The notes: generated from the letters alone by a model not told the origin. Counted from the stretch's first letter, positions 39,730 through 48,941 are shown. The stretch is 64,000 bases of DNA from a virus (IMGVR_UViG_3300008255_000107), one strand, 5' to 3'. Translations and numbers: made by a program.

Positions 39730-39968
39730 TTGGCACTCTCCTCTAAGGGTACAATGTTGGCTTTAAAAATTCGGTGTTCCTTGGAGTCCTCGGTGCACCC
39801 CTCGACTAAGCAGAACAACCCCGAGCTGTATCCGTCTTCGTAGACCACATGCACATTGTGCATATCGCTGCAGTCCACGATCTTACCGGTCATTCCTTCG
39901 TTGTCAAATACGTGCATGCCCCTTCGGACATCTTTACCTGTTAAAGCTTTCAATCGCGACCCGCCCAT
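39726..39968 (-). CDS. hypothetical protein (80 aa)
   Basis: ORF, ATGA overlap. Confidence 0.35.
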   Translation of the reverse strand: MGGSRLKALTGKDVRRGMHVFDNEGMTGKIVDCSDMHNVHVVYEDGYSSGLFCLVEGCTEDSKEHRIFKANIVPLEESAK

Positions 39969-41940
39969 GGGCTACCTCCACAAATTGTGATTCTGTCAAA
40001 AGAAGAGTGCCGTACTCACGAGCTTTGTCAAGCTTCGATCCAGCCCCTTCTCCGTATACCACAATAGTGGTCTTTTTGGAAACAGACCCGGTGGTCTTGC
40101 CACCAAGGCTTTTAACCAGGTCCTGGGCTTCTTCCCTGTCCATGGTTTCGAGTCCACCGGTAAAAACTACAGTGTGCCCAAATAAGACCCCGCCCTTCAC
40201 TACTTCCGCAGCCTTGGTACTGAGTCCGAGATCCTTAAGCTCCTGGATGATGCCAGGATTCTCCTTGAAAAACTTTACCACATTCTTGGCGGCCACTTCA
40301 CCTACATCTCGGATCTTGGCGATGTCCTTCATGGGGGTTTCAGCCAATACCTCAAAGTCGTTGTATACGGCTAGGATACGACCGGATGTGCCGGCGCCCA
40401 CATGACGTATACACATACTGGCCAGCACACGATCGGCTCCGGACCTCTTGGCCGCGTCGATACCGTCAAGAGCTCTCCCTACGCTACTGGCCCCCATACC
40501 CTCCACATCTTCAAAGTCCAACGGGGTCAGCCTGAAGATATCCAGAGGCTTCTGGAGGATTCCAAGTTTGATCAACTTGGCGAGAAGTGAAGGACCTACG
40601 TTCATCACATTCATGACCTTGCGGGAAACCACATAGTCCATGGCCTTCTGCAAACGGTCGGGGCACAACTCGTTCGTGCAATACAAGTCAACGTCGTCCC
40701 CACGCTCCACGGTCGTTCCACAACAGGGGCATTTGCTGATGGGGACCACTTTAATGGCATCCTCATCACGTGCGGAGGTATCCACACCAATAACCTTGGG
40801 TATGATCTCTCCACCCTTTTCGATGTACACCTCATCACCAAGGTGAAGATCCAATCTCTCGATCTCATCACAGTTGTGCAGGGTAGCACGTCTAACCGTG
40901 GTCCCACACAGAAAAACCGGGTCCAACTCGGCCACGGGGGTTATCCTCCCCGTGCGACCAACTTGCCAAGTCACGGAATGAGCAGGAGTACGGGCCTGCT
41001 CTGCTTCGAACTTGAAAGCTTTCGCCCACTTAACATGCTTCGAGGTTCTTCCCAACCTCTCGCGTAGGGCCTTGTCGGTTACCTTGATCACGACACCATC
41101 AATGTCAAATGGTAAGATGTGTCGGGCATTCCCGATCTTACCCATAGAAGAATCAAAATTGGTTTTGTCCAGGGCAAAGGCCCCGTTAACATTGGGGAAA
41201 CCCATAGCCTTCATGGCTGCGATTTCTTCTTGCTGGTTTTTGGTATCCGTGCCACGGGCGATGCCGAAGGCAAAGAACTGAAGTCGTTTGCGGGCAACTT
41301 CCCGTGGATCGCTACTTTTCAGGATACCTGCGGCAGCATTACGGGTATTTTGGTAGATAGTCTCTTTGGTCTTAGCGTTAGCAGCGTTGATCGCCTCAAA
41401 CTGCTTTTTACCCAAGATAACTTCACCACGGACTTCGATAGTTCCACCCGTATCGTTTTTAATGATGAGGGGGATATCCGCGATGGTTCGTGCGTTTTTC
41501 GTGACATCGTCGCCCACTGCACCATCACCACGGGTTACTGCCCTGACCAGATTACCTGCAGCGTCGTATTCGACGCCAAGGGATAGTCCATCAAGTTTGA
41601 ACTCCGCAGTGTACTCAGGTGTGACCCCTAGCTCGTTCTCCACGGAATTGGTAAATGCCAGAAATTCTTCGTAAGTGTGTATGTTGTCGATACTGATCAT
41701 GGGGACCACGTGGGTCACCTTTTCGAAACGTGACGACAAATCACTACCCACCCGCTTAGTGGGGGAGTGGGGGTCTGCAAATTCAGGATGATCTTCTTCG
41801 AGAGCAGCAAGTTCGCGGAGCTTACCGTCGAACAGCTGGTCACTCATACGAGAAACACCCTCCTGGTAATAGGAGTCCGATGCGTTCTTTAGCTCCATCG
41901 AGAGGATAGTTATCTGGGCTTTAGCCTCGGCTTTATCCAC
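39934..41940 (-). CDS. ligA: NAD-dependent DNA ligase
   Basis: Adenylation motif EFKLDGLS (KxDG). OB-fold, Zn-finger CPCCGTTVERGDDVDLYCTNELCPDR, HhH region and C-terminal BRCT. 668 aa. Confidence 0.9.
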   Translation of the reverse strand: MDKAEAKAQITILSMELKNASDSYYQEGVSRMSDQLFDGKLRELAALEEDHPEFADPHSPTKRVGSDLSSRFEKVTHVVPMISIDNIHTYEEFLAFTNSVENELGVTPEYTAEFKLDGLSLGVEYDAAGNLVRAVTRGDGAVGDDVTKNARTIADIPLIIKNDTGGTIEVRGEVILGKKQFEAINAANAKTKETIYQNTRNAAAGILKSSDPREVARKRLQFFAFGIARGTDTKNQQEEIAAMKAMGFPNVNGAFALDKTNFDSSMGKIGNARHILPFDIDGVVIKVTDKALRERLGRTSKHVKWAKAFKFEAEQARTPAHSVTWQVGRTGRITPVAELDPVFLCGTTVRRATLHNCDEIERLDLHLGDEVYIEKGGEIIPKVIGVDTSARDEDAIKVVPISKCPCCGTTVERGDDVDLYCTNELCPDRLQKAMDYVVSRKVMNVMNVGPSLLAKLIKLGILQKPLDIFRLTPLDFEDVEGMGASSVGRALDGIDAAKRSGADRVLASMCIRHVGAGTSGRILAVYNDFEVLAETPMKDIAKIRDVGEVAAKNVVKFFKENPGIIQELKDLGLSTKAAEVVKGGVLFGHTVVFTGGLETMDREEAQDLVKSLGGKTTGSVSKKTTIVVYGEGAGSKLDKAREYGTLLLTESQFVEVAHGRVAIESFNR

Positions 41941-42538
41941 GGTGTTTACCCCCGAACAATTTCAATTGGCCAGAATCCACCTTCTGGGAACAGAACTCCA
42001 TCAGGGCTTCCAGAGCATCATCACAAAGGTATGTGGTGGTGTCGTTTCCTGTGAGAGCCCGCATGCGTCCCTTTAGGATCTTACGAGTCTCACTGTTTTG
42101 TTCCGTGACTTCCCCCTGGGTACTAGTCAGGATGTCATTCATCATGGCCGAGGATAGCTCGTCCAGGACGGAGCTCATCTCCGTAAACGTGATGAGGTCA
42201 GCATGGGTCAAGGAACACTTCAAACCTTTTTTGTCTCCCAGGTAGGGGACTGTGTTTCCGCCACCATAGGCTAAGGCCAGGTGTTTCACAAAACCGGTCT
42301 TACCCGATTCCCAGAGACGTTCCAGTTCCACAAAGGCTTTGAACTTCAAAGGGTTTTCCTTTTGAAGGTTGGCATAAGCCATGCGAGCTTTTTCCCTGTG
42401 GATACGATCCTGGAGTTTCCTCTCCTTGGCACGCTCCACCTCTTGGGCTTCAAGACCCTTGGCGAATTCCACACTGGCACGGTCACCCACACCTTTAAGA
42501 ACACGCTGCATCTGCTTAAGACTTTTGAATTCCCTCAT
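41933..42538 (-). CDS. hypothetical protein
   Basis: ORF. Confidence 0.45.
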   Translation of the reverse strand: MREFKSLKQMQRVLKGVGDRASVEFAKGLEAQEVERAKERKLQDRIHREKARMAYANLQKENPLKFKAFVELERLWESGKTGFVKHLALAYGGGNTVPYLGDKKGLKCSLTHADLITFTEMSSVLDELSSAMMNDILTSTQGEVTEQNSETRKILKGRMRALTGNDTTTYLCDDALEALMEFCSQKVDSGQLKLFGGKHRG

Positions 42539-43743
42539 GTCATCATTCCTTTTTGTTTTGCGAACTCGTAAAGGGCCTTTAGAGCTACCATGTTTAGTAA
42601 TTCATTGGATTCCTTGCTACCTATGGCCAGACGTAGCAACTCATGCTCCGTCAGGCTAGCCAAGGAATTATAGCTAAAGTACTTAGACTTTATGATAGAT
42701 TTCACCCTATAGGGTAGGTATGGGCCTGCTGCGGGAAATATCCTTAAAAAGGATAGGGGGCATTGCCTGGATAAACTCGCACTCGTGGTAGGGTGGTCGG
42801 ACTTCAGAACAAAGAGTTCCCCGTTATAAAATTCGTTGAACAGCCTCTGGATGTAGGCCTTACCCAGTCCATTTGGGTGTTTCCATGTCTTTCGAAGATG
42901 GGTCACAGTCCTTTTTTCATAATTATTCATGGGGCCTTGTCTGGAGCTTATTTCTTGTATGACCCTTTCCCTAATCCTCTGGTTCTCGGAGGAGTCTTCC
43001 GAGTAGGCAAACTCTGCAGATATTTCTTTGGGTGCTACGTGGGCTTCGTCCAGTATGCCCAAACCCCTGTAGTAATCGGATACGTCCATGGATTCAGAAG
43101 CACTCTTGGCCCAGACTACCACGGCGAACAACTCATGGGGCCGACCCCTGTTGGACTTGTCCTGCCTGATTTTATCTACCCACGACCTAACGTACTGGGT
43201 TATGCTCTTAGTGCCTGTGAGGGCTTCCTGGGTTCCGTACTGGAGGCTGAATAAGTCGTCCACCTCGCTTAGCTGAACCCACGCTTCGGTTCTTCGCTCT
43301 ACGTGGCCCTCGGGGTAAACCAGGGTGAACTTAATCCTAGGATTTTTGGAAGAAGCTATCAACCCGTTCCGAATAAGTTGCTCGGTAGCTTTAACTTTGT
43401 TTTCGGAAAGATTCACAGCATGCTTTTGAGTGGCATAGATTTCTTCCGTTAGCACAGTCTTGACCCCGCCATCCTGTCCTATGATCACCACAAACCATTT
43501 CTTGTTTTCTGTGTAGTACAGGAAATGGAAAGAGTCCTTTCCGTTCAGGTGCGCCTCTGCACGACACATAAAGAACAGTCCGTGGTTGTCCACATGGTAT
43601 TTAAACCTTTCCCATGATCCAGGGTTACGTTCTTCCCACCTTTCCGCAAAATGGTTGGTAACAAAAACCTCACGGATACTTGGGGCACTAAGGTAGTCCC
43701 CCAACTTCAATTCCGTGGTTATGGTGCTATGTACTTCTTGCAT
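42535..43743 (-). CDS. hypothetical protein (402 aa)
   Basis: ORF. Confidence 0.5.
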   Translation of the reverse strand: MQEVHSTITTELKLGDYLSAPSIREVFVTNHFAERWEERNPGSWERFKYHVDNHGLFFMCRAEAHLNGKDSFHFLYYTENKKWFVVIIGQDGGVKTVLTEEIYATQKHAVNLSENKVKATEQLIRNGLIASSKNPRIKFTLVYPEGHVERRTEAWVQLSEVDDLFSLQYGTQEALTGTKSITQYVRSWVDKIRQDKSNRGRPHELFAVVVWAKSASESMDVSDYYRGLGILDEAHVAPKEISAEFAYSEDSSENQRIRERVIQEISSRQGPMNNYEKRTVTHLRKTWKHPNGLGKAYIQRLFNEFYNGELFVLKSDHPTTSASLSRQCPLSFLRIFPAAGPYLPYRVKSIIKSKYFSYNSLASLTEHELLRLAIGSKESNELLNMVALKALYEFAKQKGMMT

Positions 43744-43753
43744 GTTTCCCTTA

Positions 43754-43827
43754 TGATCGCAACTGGATTCGAACCAGTGGCCTGCTCCTTAGGAGGGAGC
43801 CGCTCTATCCAACTGAGCTATGCGACC
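43754..43827 (-). tRNA. tRNA-Arg (anticodon CCT)
   Basis: Reverse complement GGTCGCA TA GCTCAGTTGGATAGAGC G GCTCC CTCCTAA GGAGC AGGCC ACTGG TTCGAAT CCAGT TGCGATC A. Canonical cloverleaf, 74 nt. Confidence 0.85.
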
Positions 43828-43847
43828 TGTTGTACACCCCTATATAA

Positions 43848-44171
43848 TCAAAAACCAGTTTTGTAACGAAATTGAGACCTTAATTGGTCTTCAAAACTCG
43901 GACTAGGACCAGACGAAGCGTGTATGGGTTTGTACGGCCCTTTATGCCACTCACCTTCCAGAACTTTGTGATCCTCAAAGACTACGCTCTCTATCATGGC
44001 CACTGGAAGAACTAGGGAAGCCCCTTGAGCCATGGGTATTTTCAAAGACTTATCGGCATAGGAAGGATCAGCCATCATCCTTTCACAGGAATCACGAAAG
44101 GACATCTCCCTCTCGAAAGACGATAGGTTGAAGACATGGAGCCTTCCCTTTTTCATTTGTAATCGGATCAC
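43848..44171 (-). CDS. hypothetical protein
   Basis: ORF. Confidence 0.4.
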   Translation of the reverse strand: MIRLQMKKGRLHVFNLSSFEREMSFRDSCERMMADPSYADKSLKIPMAQGASLVLPVAMIESVVFEDHKVLEGEWHKGPYKPIHASSGPSPSFEDQLRSQFRYKTGF

Positions 44172-44258
44172 GTTACCCCTACAGTACCAGGTTCTGACCT
44201 AATGTATGACAAAAGCCCCATGGATTTAACCACGGGGCTCTAGTTTTTTGAGAAAAAC

Positions 44259-45113
44259 TTATGAGATGGGGCCCAATCGTGATACGGAGTTAACCCCATC
44301 CACGTAACGACCACTAAAGGTAGCACCGCGGGGTAAGAAACCTTTGAACCCATCGGCGATTGCCTTAGCATTCCATTCCTCGAAATTAGACCACACGTTA
44401 TCCTGGCAGTGGTATAGCCACATCTTGGCTTTAACCTCAGCGGGGAAAGTACGAAGATCGTCGTAGTGGGCGTGGACACCCGAACGGAATCCAGTTTCAC
44501 AATCATGGAAGATCACATCCGACTCCCCATAATAGGCCCTCATGGTGGTCTCAGGGCTAAACTGGGTGTCGGTGGTCAGAAAATATCGTATACCCACGTC
44601 GGGGTCATTCCACATCAGTCCGTACGAGCTGCAGGTCATGTACTTGGCTGTCACATGGGTAGTCTGGACGATGTCAAACGTAATGTCCTTCCAGGTGAAA
44701 CTTTCATTTCTGTTCACAGGTCGAAGGTCAAAATAGGTGGACAGGGATACGATACGCTCACCTTCCAAGTAGCTGGTACCTTCTAAACCTTCTAGGCCAC
44801 CACGTAATGACTTCTCCCAGGCCTCATTCATTAAGCCACCTTCCATGTAAAGGGTAGGCTTTTCTCGTCCCGGTATAAATTTAGTGACCTGCCCCAAATT
44901 CTCCACCCCACCAATGTGGTCGTTGTGAAGATGGGACACGAAGAAAGCGTTGATGTCGTTGATAGTCTTACCCTGCTGCCTAAGGGCATGCCTGGCGTCC
45001 CCACCACAATCCACTAGGAAATTCTCATTATCCCTAGTGATCAATAAGTTGGAATGCCAATTGTACTCGTAGCTGCAATTGGCGGAACCTGTTCCAATGA
45101 AGTTTAAAATCAT
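44259..45113 (-). CDS. metallo-beta-lactamase-fold hydrolase
   Basis: HLHNDHIGG (the HxHxDH motif) and downstream His/Asp ligands. Confidence 0.6.
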   Translation of the reverse strand: MILNFIGTGSANCSYEYNWHSNLLITRDNENFLVDCGGDARHALRQQGKTINDINAFFVSHLHNDHIGGVENLGQVTKFIPGREKPTLYMEGGLMNEAWEKSLRGGLEGLEGTSYLEGERIVSLSTYFDLRPVNRNESFTWKDITFDIVQTTHVTAKYMTCSSYGLMWNDPDVGIRYFLTTDTQFSPETTMRAYYGESDVIFHDCETGFRSGVHAHYDDLRTFPAEVKAKMWLYHCQDNVWSNFEEWNAKAIADGFKGFLPRGATFSGRYVDGVNSVSRLGPIS

Positions 45114-45208
45114 GGTGTATCCTTGGGTTTGCTATTTCCTTATATAAAGATAGGGCTCCCTTTTATCTAAAAAAGAGAGCCCCATCACACTGTGTTGTTC
45201 TTCACACC

Positions 45209-46105
45209 TTATATTCTTCTTCGGAACTTGTCCCAGAACCAATCTTTCTGCCAACCCCTTCCGTCATGTGGACTCACGGGGTCCACGGGGTCCACGGGGT
45301 CTGGATCGGGAGGAACCACCGGATCTACGGGATCTGGGTCTGGGGGTACCACGGGATCTGGTTCAGGAGGGATTACAGGATCAGGCTCCGGCGGCACCAC
45401 AGGGAGAGAACCTGAGTCTGCATCGATGGTAGTCCACACTTCCCAATGATCACCCCAATCCGAGTAGGGGAACAACGTGAGTCCTTCTACGCCCCAATAG
45501 TTACCCCAGCTGTTCCGGATTATGAATCCAAAGGGGTTGTACCCCACTACCGCCATAGCATGCCCGCCTATGTAGGTATCCCCTTCAAAGGCATGCCATA
45601 ACCTTGTAGTGGTATTGAGCACGGGTACAGCCATGACACAAGGTCCATTCGCATACAAAGCGTTTTTCAGCCCTTCAATAGTTAGGACCTGGGCATAGGC
45701 GCTGATCTTATACTGGGCAGCTTTGCCTAGCACAGTAGCATTGGGCTCAGACAGATTCCAGTAAACAAAGTCCTCTTCGAAGCAATCCCCGTAATTCCTT
45801 AGGATGTTCATGAGATCCCTCATGTACATTCCCTCGGCTGGGGCGTTACTTCTCAAGTTGTAAATGAACTGAGGGGACATGTAACCACCGTAGGCCACAT
45901 CCTGTTTCTCTTGCCATTCCTTCATGGCGGCGCCGGCCATCGCCGCACAAGTTCCCTGTGAACCTTGGTCCCTAATCGGATTCATCTCTGAAGCGTAGGA
46001 CAGGTACATAGGGAGTTGTGTGCTATAGGGTACGAGGTTTTCCGAGATATAATCTCGTCTGTCCACCGGACTCTTGATTACGTTAAGATGAAATTGCATT
46101 ACCAC
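45209..46105 (-). CDS. papain-like (C1 family) cysteine peptidase with a C-terminal Pro-rich PEPDPV repeat tail
   Basis: QGSQGTCAAMAGA (catalytic Cys in QGxCGSC-like context), a downstream His in GGHAMAVVGYN, and NSWG. C-terminal (PPEPDPV)n. Confidence 0.65.
   Translation of the reverse strand: MVMQFHLNVIKSPVDRRDYISENLVPYSTQLPMYLSYASEMNPIRDQGSQGTCAAMAGAAMKEWQEKQDVAYGGYMSPQFIYNLRSNAPAEGMYMRDLMNILRNYGDCFEEDFVYWNLSEPNATVLGKAAQYKISAYAQVLTIEGLKNALYANGPCVMAVPVLNTTTRLWHAFEGDTYIGGHAMAVVGYNPFGFIIRNSWGNYWGVEGLTLFPYSDWGDHWEVWTTIDADSGSLPVVPPEPDPVIPPEPDPVVPPDPDPVDPVVPPDPDPVDPVDPVSPHDGRGWQKDWFWDKFRRRI
45270..45400. repeat. tandem degenerate repeats (ggatctgg/ggtccacgggg units) encoding the PEPDPV proline-rich tail
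   Basis: Visible direct repeats in the sequence. Confidence 0.6.
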
Positions 46106-46881
46106 CCCTTAAGCGAAGGCCAGTCAGTCAACAAGTAGGTTAGCAATTCCACAATCTTATCGAACCAGCTACGCTTTTTGACGGGCTTGATGCTGTTTTC
46201 GTCAATCGTGGTCCAGGCTTCCCAAATCCATCTCCAGTCTTCGTAGGGGAGTATCGTGTAACCCTTGTCTCCCCACTCTGGTCCCCAACTGTTTCTGAGT
46301 ATGAACCCCTCATAGTTGTAGCCTACCACAGCCATGGCATGCCCACCGAGCATCAACTCCCCATATTCCTTAAGCCACATGCGGGGACCGTTGTTGTAAA
46401 CCGGTACGGCCACGAGGCACACACCATTGGTGTTCAGGGCCAGCTTCATGTTATCGATGTCCTCGATCTTGGCATACCCCTTTATCTTGAAGTTGGAGGC
46501 TTTAGCCAACACATCCTCATTAGCCGCCTCCGTAGACCCGTAGGGGTAGTCCTCTTCAGGACAATCACCGAACTTATTCAGGATCCTCATGAGATCACGC
46601 GGATACATACCTTCTACTGAGGTATTCTCCCTTAGGTTGTAAATGAACTGAGGGGAGAAGTACCCCTCGTGTTGGATGTCCAATTGCTCCTGCCATTCTT
46701 TCATGCAGGCAGCCGACATCGCCACACAGCTACCCTGGACCCCTTGGTTCCTGATGGGGGGCAGCTTAGGTCTTAAATCCAAAACGCTAGGGAGTTCCTG
46801 GCCTTGGGTTAGTAATTTTCTGGTTTTCCAATCCCTTTCGTCTACTGGACTTTTTTCCAGTTTCAGCAAGTTAGCGTTCAT
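46099..46881 (-). CDS. papain-like (C1 family) cysteine peptidase, tandem paralogue of 45209..46105
   Basis: QGVQGSCVAMSAA, GGHAMAVVGYN, NSWG. The same domain order as the downstream gene, which indicates tandem duplication. Confidence 0.65.
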   Translation of the reverse strand: MNANLLKLEKSPVDERDWKTRKLLTQGQELPSVLDLRPKLPPIRNQGVQGSCVAMSAACMKEWQEQLDIQHEGYFSPQFIYNLRENTSVEGMYPRDLMRILNKFGDCPEEDYPYGSTEAANEDVLAKASNFKIKGYAKIEDIDNMKLALNTNGVCLVAVPVYNNGPRMWLKEYGELMLGGHAMAVVGYNYEGFILRNSWGPEWGDKGYTILPYEDWRWIWEAWTTIDENSIKPVKKRSWFDKIVELLTYLLTDWPSLKGW

Positions 46882-47199
46882 GGGACCCTCCTAGGTTCTG
46901 AGTGGGTCCCTCACATAAAAACATTATTGTTCAAAAAATGGGCATCAACAGGTATATTGTAGGACCATGGCACTTTTTTTCACAAAAATGAGGGGATCCG
47001 TCCAGATGGACGGTCTTCGAAACGCTACCGCTACTGATGCTATCACTGAGGCTCTCACCTTGTCACGCACCACGGGGCTTATAGTTGAGCTCACCTTGTT
47101 TACCGGTGAGGTTTGCTTGATCAACCCCACAGATAAAAGGGCAGACCTATTGGCGCCCTTTTGTAGTGAAAAGATTTTTCATTCCAGTGATTCGGGTCG

Positions 47200-47649
47200 C
47201 TAGACGACCAACCCCCGCAAGCTTTTGATGAACTCCTGTGCTGCCCGCTTGCTCATACCTTGGACAGCACTTAGGACTCCGCGGCGGATGATGTTTTGGT
47301 GAGTTCCGCTTCCTTCTCTGCCCGCTTCCACAAAAGCGATATCGAAGTCGGAGGCCAAAGTCATAGCCAGGTCTCTTTCGTGATCGGTCTTAAAACCACC
47401 CACGGTAGGAAACCCTCCCACGTTAGCACGTGGGGTCCCAAGCATGTGGTAGACGGTGACATCCACGTTAGTACCCTCGTCACGGATATCGCTCAGATAA
47501 CTCTGGGCAGCTTGGTCCACACCATAATAGTCTCCTACCACAAAGCGGGCACTTGGATCGGTCCCCAACACCTTTGTTATGCGGTCAAAATATAGGAGTT
47601 TTGTTTCTGGGTAAACTTCTCTGTGACCTGATATGAAGTATGTAGCCAT
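47200..47649 (-). CDS. SLOG/YpsA-like Rossmann-fold protein (second paralogue)
   Basis: ISGHREVYP and FVVGDYYGVDQAAQSYL, paralleling GHRP ... TGMALGMDVAVAEV in 997..1500. Confidence 0.4.
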   Translation of the reverse strand: MATYFISGHREVYPETKLLYFDRITKVLGTDPSARFVVGDYYGVDQAAQSYLSDIRDEGTNVDVTVYHMLGTPRANVGGFPTVGGFKTDHERDLAMTLASDFDIAFVEAGREGSGTHQNIIRRGVLSAVQGMSKRAAQEFIKSLRGLVV

Positions 47650-47663
47650 GTGGTTACCTCTCT

Positions 47664-47697
47664 AAATAAAAATCCCCCTCCCGGCCAGGAGGGGGAT
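47664..47697 (-). terminator. rho-independent terminator closing the minus-strand Y-RNA-like array (stem atccccctcc / ggagggggat followed by T-run on the minus strand)
   Basis: 10-bp perfect stem at 47672..47697 with loop cggcca. Plus-strand A-run 47664..47671 gives U-run on the minus transcript. Confidence 0.7.
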
Positions 47698-47844
47698 TTC
47701 ATCAAAGTACGCTAGTGTTATCGGTCAGCCCAGCAACCCTTGTGCACCAAGCTGCTTTGCTGTTTTAGGGACAGTATCCTCCAAGGGAGCTTACCCCCAG
47801 AGTCCCACCAAGCCCGCAGTAACCTTTTTTCGCGTACCTCAAAT

Positions 47845-48003
47845 AAATCAGAGTCTGGAATAGTCGGGTAAAGATTCGTTTTCAGGTGCGTCTACCAATT
47901 CCGCCACTCTGACATGTACGCCAGAGAAAGGATTCGAACCCCTACGCCTTACGGCCCCTGATTGGGTATAGAAGTAACTCTACCCTACGCCAAGACTCTA
48001 AAC
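47845..48003 (-). ncRNA. Y-RNA-like (YrlA-like) unit D. Carries a circularly permuted Leu-type (class II D-arm) tRNA-like domain: T-arm AGGGG-TTCGAAT-CCTTT 47943..47927, 3' acceptor CTCTGGC 47926..47920, 6-nt loop, 5' acceptor GTCAGAG 47913..47907, D-arm GCGGAATTGGTAGACGC 47904..47888.
   Basis: Minus-strand reading. The acceptor strands pair 7/7 (one G-U). The T-arm precedes the D-arm. Terminal stem TTAGAGTCTTGG / CCAGACTCTGA. Conserved flanks TTGGCGTAGG ... TTACTTCTATACC and CGACTATTCC. No anticodon arm. Confidence 0.6.
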
Positions 48004-48007
48004 TAAA

Positions 48008-48160
48008 AATATGCCTGGAATTGTCGGAAAAAGGTATTTATCGTGCTCTACCAACTGAGCTAACCCCCATCAGTTTTTCAAGTTACTGGGGGTGCAGGAC
48101 TCGAACCTGCGACCACGTCGTTATCAGCGAAGTATCTCTTTCCTGCGCCAAGGCACACTA
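48008..48160 (-). ncRNA. Y-RNA-like unit C with a permuted tRNA-like domain: T-arm GCAGG-TTCGAGT-CCTGC 48110..48094, 3' acceptor ACCCCCA 48093..48087, 17-nt loop GTAACTTGAAAAACTGA, 5' acceptor TGGGGGT 48069..48063, D-arm GCTCAGTTGGTAGAGC 48060..48045. A CTGATAA (Ile-type) loop lies upstream of the T-arm.
   Basis: 7/7 Watson-Crick acceptor pairing between the upstream 3' strand and the downstream 5' strand. Conserved CTTGGCGCAG-GAAAGAG-ATACTTCGC 5' element and ...AATACC 3' element. Terminal stem TGTGCCTTGG / CCAGGCATA. Confidence 0.6.
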
Positions 48161-48170
48161 AAAATCAAAA

Positions 48171-48320
48171 CCTTAAAAGTACCTGGTATAGTCGTGAAGG
48201 CGACTATTACGGTGTCCTAACCACTAGACGAACCCACGGTGGGGTAGGGGATTCGAACCCCTGTAACCGGCTTGACTTGCGAAGTATGCCTTCACTGCGC
48301 CAAGATACTTTTAGGATCCT
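48171..48320 (-). ncRNA. Y-RNA-like unit B with a permuted Glu-type tRNA-like domain: T-arm AGGGG-TTCGAAT-CCCCT 48262..48246 (identical to the E. coli tRNA-Glu T-arm), 3' acceptor ACCCCAC 48245..48239, 1-nt loop, 5' acceptor GTGGGTT 48237..48231, D-arm GTCTAGTGGTTAGGAC 48229..48214, then hairpin ATAGTCG-CCTTCAC-CGACTAT.
   Basis: As above. Terminal stem CCTAAAAGTATCTTGG / CCAGGTACTTTTAAGG. Conserved CTTGGCGCAG-TGAAGGC-ATACTTCGC and CGACTATACC elements. Confidence 0.6.
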
Positions 48321-48490
48321 GATTCTTGATAGGCCCCGGTATAGTCGAACAGAGGACTGTAACCTTGCTCTACCAGCTGAGCTAACCCCCTAAGTTTTTC
48401 AAGTTACGGGGGTGCGGGATTCGAACCCGCGACCAAGGGCTCCTAAAGCGAAGTATCTCTAATCTGCGCCAGGGGCCTATCAAGAATCAA
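48319..48490 (-). ncRNA. Y-RNA-like unit A with a permuted tRNA-like domain: T-arm GCGGG-TTCGAAT-CCCGC 48430..48414, 3' acceptor ACCCCC 48413..48408, 16-nt loop GTAACTTGAAAAACTT, 5' acceptor (A)GGGGGT 48390..48385, D-arm GCTCAGCTGGTAGAGC 48382..48367. Closed by an 18-bp perfect terminal stem TTGATTCTTGATAGGCCCC (48490..48472) / GGGGCCTATCAAGAATCA (48337..48320).
   Basis: Direct base-pair inspection. The 18-bp terminal helix and conserved CCTGGCGCAG-ATTAGAG-ATACTTCGC / CGACTATACC elements define a discrete 172-nt RNA. Confidence 0.6.
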
Positions 48491-48526
48491 TATAAGAGAT
48501 GGGATGGTCGGTAACGGTGCTTTTGG

Positions 48527-48576
48527 TATAACAAGAAAGGTATAGAAGTAACCGTTACCTGCGCCAATCTCTTGTA
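48527..48576 (-). ncRNA. stem-only element (GGCGCAG-GTAACGG-TTACTTCTATACC) lacking a tRNA-like module. It may be a degenerate or minimal unit at the head of the Y-RNA-like array.
   Basis: Contains the conserved 5' and 3' flank motifs directly juxtaposed. Short terminal pairing ACAAGAGA / TTTCTTGT. Confidence 0.35.
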
Positions 48577-48703
48577 CACCAATATAGTATCTCCTCCCAC
48601 GTTTTTTAACAAAAAAAATAAAAAATGTGAATTTAGTTAAAAAAGCACTTGTCTTCTATATAATGTAGCAGCATATTTAAAGGTTCCACTGGAGGACACC
48701 ACC

Positions 48704-48922
48704 ATGGCTAAAACTTCGAGAATCCCACCGATTATCAAAGGACTGCCTGATGAAAGACTCCGGGCAGCTATTAGGGAACTAGGTAACATGACCTGGGACG
48801 ATGATGCAGAACTCCGCAAGGTCTCGAAAGAGGTCTACGGTGAAGAAGAAGGTGACCTAGTTATGCAGATGTTGTCATTGGCTATACCAATGGCAAGAGA
48901 AATTGAAGAACGCACACGTTGA
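48704..48922 (+). CDS. hypothetical protein (72 aa), first gene of the rsr operon
   Basis: SD GGAGGA before the ATG. Acidic small protein. Confidence 0.45.
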   Translation: MAKTSRIPPIIKGLPDERLRAAIRELGNMTWDDDAELRKVSKEVYGEEEGDLVMQMLSLAIPMAREIEERTR

Positions 48923-48941
48923 AATACCATAGGAGATATCA

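Noticed and set aside
47880-48560. Initial reading of this region as an ordinary minus-strand cluster of 4-5 tRNA genes, keyed on the GGTTCGAATCC T-loops
   Set aside because: No T-arm has a complementary 5' acceptor strand upstream of it (in tRNA orientation). The complementary strand always lies just downstream, followed by a D-arm, and no anticodon arm sits in the expected place. The units are therefore permuted tRNA-like modules inside larger structured RNAs, not standard tRNAs.
48600-48700. Putative promoter upstream of the rsr operon (-10 TATAAT in ctatataatg at about 48668)
   Set aside because: The -10 is good but the -35 at the 17-nt position (GTTAAA) is weak. Left out as a feature, but it may still be the operon promoter, or an extended -10 or phage-specific promoter.
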